This document shows, one piece after another, positions 26,933 to 28,813 of a DNA stretch of 28,813 bases. The first letter of the stretch is position 1; the number at the start of each line of letters is the position of its first letter. The stretch is taken from positions 1 through 28,813 of the forward strand of contig JBLIIN010000001.1 in NCBI GenBank assembly GCA_047635075.1, given 5' to 3'. The stretch comes from Methylophagaceae bacterium. Lineage in GTDB: Bacteria; Pseudomonadota; Gammaproteobacteria; Nitrosococcales; Methylophagaceae. The notes under the pieces were generated by a model. The model was not told the origin of the DNA. It made no database searches and worked only from the letters and a program-made list of their open reading frames with translations. The translations under genes were made by a program, and so were the position numbers.

Positions 26933-27559
26933 TTACTGCGTTCGGATATCAGTAATGGGTATTAACACCTCATTACGCCTTAAAAACCAAGGTGTGAAGG
27001 GGGCGTTGTATCTGGCCCAGATAGCTTCTCCATTGATTTGATGGTTAGATTGTTGAATCCAGCTTTCTAGCTCCTGTTTATGCTTTGAATAGTTTTCTTT
27101 ACTCCAAAATCCTGAATACCGAATACTAGCGACTACTCGTTCTGGGACTTGTCGTAGTTCAACTCTGGGGTTATTGGGTTTGGGCAACGTGGCTAGAGTA
27201 TAGTAGGCAGGCATCATAAAACTGATGGCCCAGCCATTATTAGCTTTTTGTTGACTGACCGGAGCTGTCATTGCAATTTTCTCACTCGCAGCTTGTCGAG
27301 ATATGGGTGCAGTCATTGTTATATCAATCTTTGCTGTATTGTCACCTGAGATATACTCAAATAACGGCTGAAAAGCAGCATTCCCTGCATCTTCGATATT
27401 GTCGTTCACAATTGTTTCAGCCAAAACATGTGGCACATAGTGGCGAACTTCAATATTGTTTTGCTTAGAAATGACCTCATATTGGGCTTCTTCAATTGCC
27501 ACGGCTTGGCCACTTATTAGAATCGTTATTAATGCGGCGCGGATTGAGTTGTTTAGCAT
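26933..27559 (-). CDS. SOUL family heme-binding protein, exported
   Basis: 'IEEAQYEV...EVRHY', 'AFQPLFEYISG.N', repeated MTAP(I/V), 'FMMP', 'ARYNAPFTPWFLRRNEV'. N-terminal signal peptide. Confidence 0.92.
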   Translation of the reverse strand: MLNNSIRAALITILISGQAVAIEEAQYEVISKQNNIEVRHYVPHVLAETIVNDNIEDAGNAAFQPLFEYISGDNTAKIDITMTAPISRQAASEKIAMTAPVSQQKANNGWAISFMMPAYYTLATLPKPNNPRVELRQVPERVVASIRYSGFWSKENYSKHKQELESWIQQSNHQINGEAIWARYNAPFTPWFLRRNEVLIPITDIRTQ

Positions 27560-27709
27560 AATTTAAAATGACCTTGTGGTAACTGACGCGACTTGATTGT
27601 ACTATTGGACATACATCAAGCCATTAAGTTTGTCTTGTCTTAACGTAGCGTAATAAAACATTAGATGCATTAAGGAACAACGCTTTTTATTTTTTAACAC
27701 AAAGAGTGA

Positions 27710-28396
27710 ATGACTATCATGTCTTTAGAAAAGGCGCCTAGCTGGCGCGCTCACTTGAACCCAGAGTTTGAACTAGCGTATATGCGGGACTTAAAGATAT
27801 TTCTTCGGCGAGAGAAAGATCAACATAAGGTTATCTACCCGCATTCATCAGACTGGTTTCATGCCATAGAAGCAACACCGTTAGAAGAGGTCAAAGTCGT
27901 GATTTTAGGACAGGACCCTTATCACCAACCCGCTCAAGCCCATGGCCTATGTTTTTCAGTGCAAGCCGGCGTTAAAGTACCGCCATCATTGCGTAACATA
28001 TACAAAGAACTAGAAACTGACTTAGGTATCACTCACGCTAATCATGGCTATTTAGAAAGCTGGGCAACACAGGGTGTGTTATTACTCAATGCTGTGTTGA
28101 CCGTAGAAGATTCTAAAGCCAATGCCCATCAAGGAAAAGGCTGGGAACCCTTCACTGACAAAATTATCAGCGTCGTTAACGACCAATGTGACAATGTCAT
28201 TTTCATGTTGTGGGGGAGCTATGCGCAAAAGAAAGGCGCGATGATTGACGCTCAAAAACATCTTGTTTTAAAAGCACCGCATCCCTCTCCGCTATCCGCA
28301 CATCGCGGATTCTTAGGCTGCAGGCACTTTAGCCAAGCGAATAATTATTTAGCTCATAATGGCAAGGTGATAATTGATTGGGATGTATCTAAATAA
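27710..28396 (+). CDS. ung: Uracil-DNA glycosylase, family 1
   Basis: [39 protein letters not shown] and HPSPLS. Start could be 27710 or 27719. Confidence 0.98.
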   Translation: MTIMSLEKAPSWRAHLNPEFELAYMRDLKIFLRREKDQHKVIYPHSSDWFHAIEATPLEEVKVVILGQDPYHQPAQAHGLCFSVQAGVKVPPSLRNIYKELETDLGITHANHGYLESWATQGVLLLNAVLTVEDSKANAHQGKGWEPFTDKIISVVNDQCDNVIFMLWGSYAQKKGAMIDAQKHLVLKAPHPSPLSAHRGFLGCRHFSQANNYLAHNGKVIIDWDVSK

Positions 28397-28563
28397 CAGT
28401 TATGAAGTGTTAAGCAGCTGATTTAAATGATATTATAAATATATTTAAGTCAGTATGGGTATACAGATTTACGCTGTTCTAGAGTGAATGGAAATCCGGC
28501 TTAACGGGGTGCGGCTCTTAATACTTCAATTGCCATAAAATCTGCAACACATCCTTTGTCATT

Positions 28564-28812
28564 TTAATTCATCATCAGGCAATCAATATAATCTGTGAGC
28601 ATATGAAACAACAACCCAATACCTATTACATTAAAAGGTTTGCGAAAAAAAAGTGAAACCACATAAATAAACATAGCGTAATAGGTATGTAGAAAATGAA
28701 AATTTATGCTGCATCTGTCGGCCTGAAAAATGGGATCAGCTACCAAATTGTCTAGATCAACCAACATAGTCATTATCAAAATTAAATAGACTTTTCCCCA
28801 GTCTTTTTTAAA
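28564..28812 (-). CDS. DUF6122-like membrane protein (5' truncated by window edge)
   Basis: Frame is open to the window end (FKKDWGKVYLILIMTMLVDLD...). 'MLVDLD', 'RCSINFHFLHTY' and 'GLLFHMLTD..DC' match my recollection of DUF6122. Confidence 0.65.
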   Translation of the reverse strand, partial: FKKDWGKVYLILIMTMLVDLDNLVADPIFQADRCSINFHFLHTYYAMFIYVVSLFFRKPFNVIGIGLLFHMLTDYIDCLMMN

Positions 28813-28813
28813 G

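Noticed and set aside
27593-27619. FNR box
   Set aside because: TTGAT and ATCAA are 17 nt apart instead of 4.

Overview
Gammaproteobacterial chromosome window; a Methylophaga/Thiotrichales-like marine lineage is my unverified impression from gene order and sequence style. Bases 1-11.4 kb are intact conserved genes: the end of the dcw cluster (ftsA partial, ftsZ, lpxC), dciA/DUF721, an M23 peptidase, secA-argJ-DUF3549, and a convergent spmAB-like / 2OG-Fe(II) oxygenase / peptide deformylase operon. From 11.5 to 17 kb there is an accessory patch. It holds a PNPOx-like gene followed 9 nt later by a degenerate attC-like site with no integrase in the window. That gene and a small membrane gene are bracketed by two copies of a 48-nt repeat, the second forming one end of a 105-bp inverted-repeat element. 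The patch continues with a MOSC pseudogene, chrA, an orphan terminator with upstream hairpins, and gene-relic DNA. The right half mixes intact genes (DUF2970, deaD, SYLF/YSC84, ybiT, GIY-YIG, msrB, MATE, SOUL, ung) with decayed ones. These are a hidden SCO-like pseudogene and a pxpABC 5-oxoprolinase operon in which all three genes are broken. The two strongest signals are the repeat/attC cassette hotspot and selective pseudogenisation of accessory metabolism beside intact core genes. No rRNA, tRNA, CRISPR array, integrase or transposase was seen.
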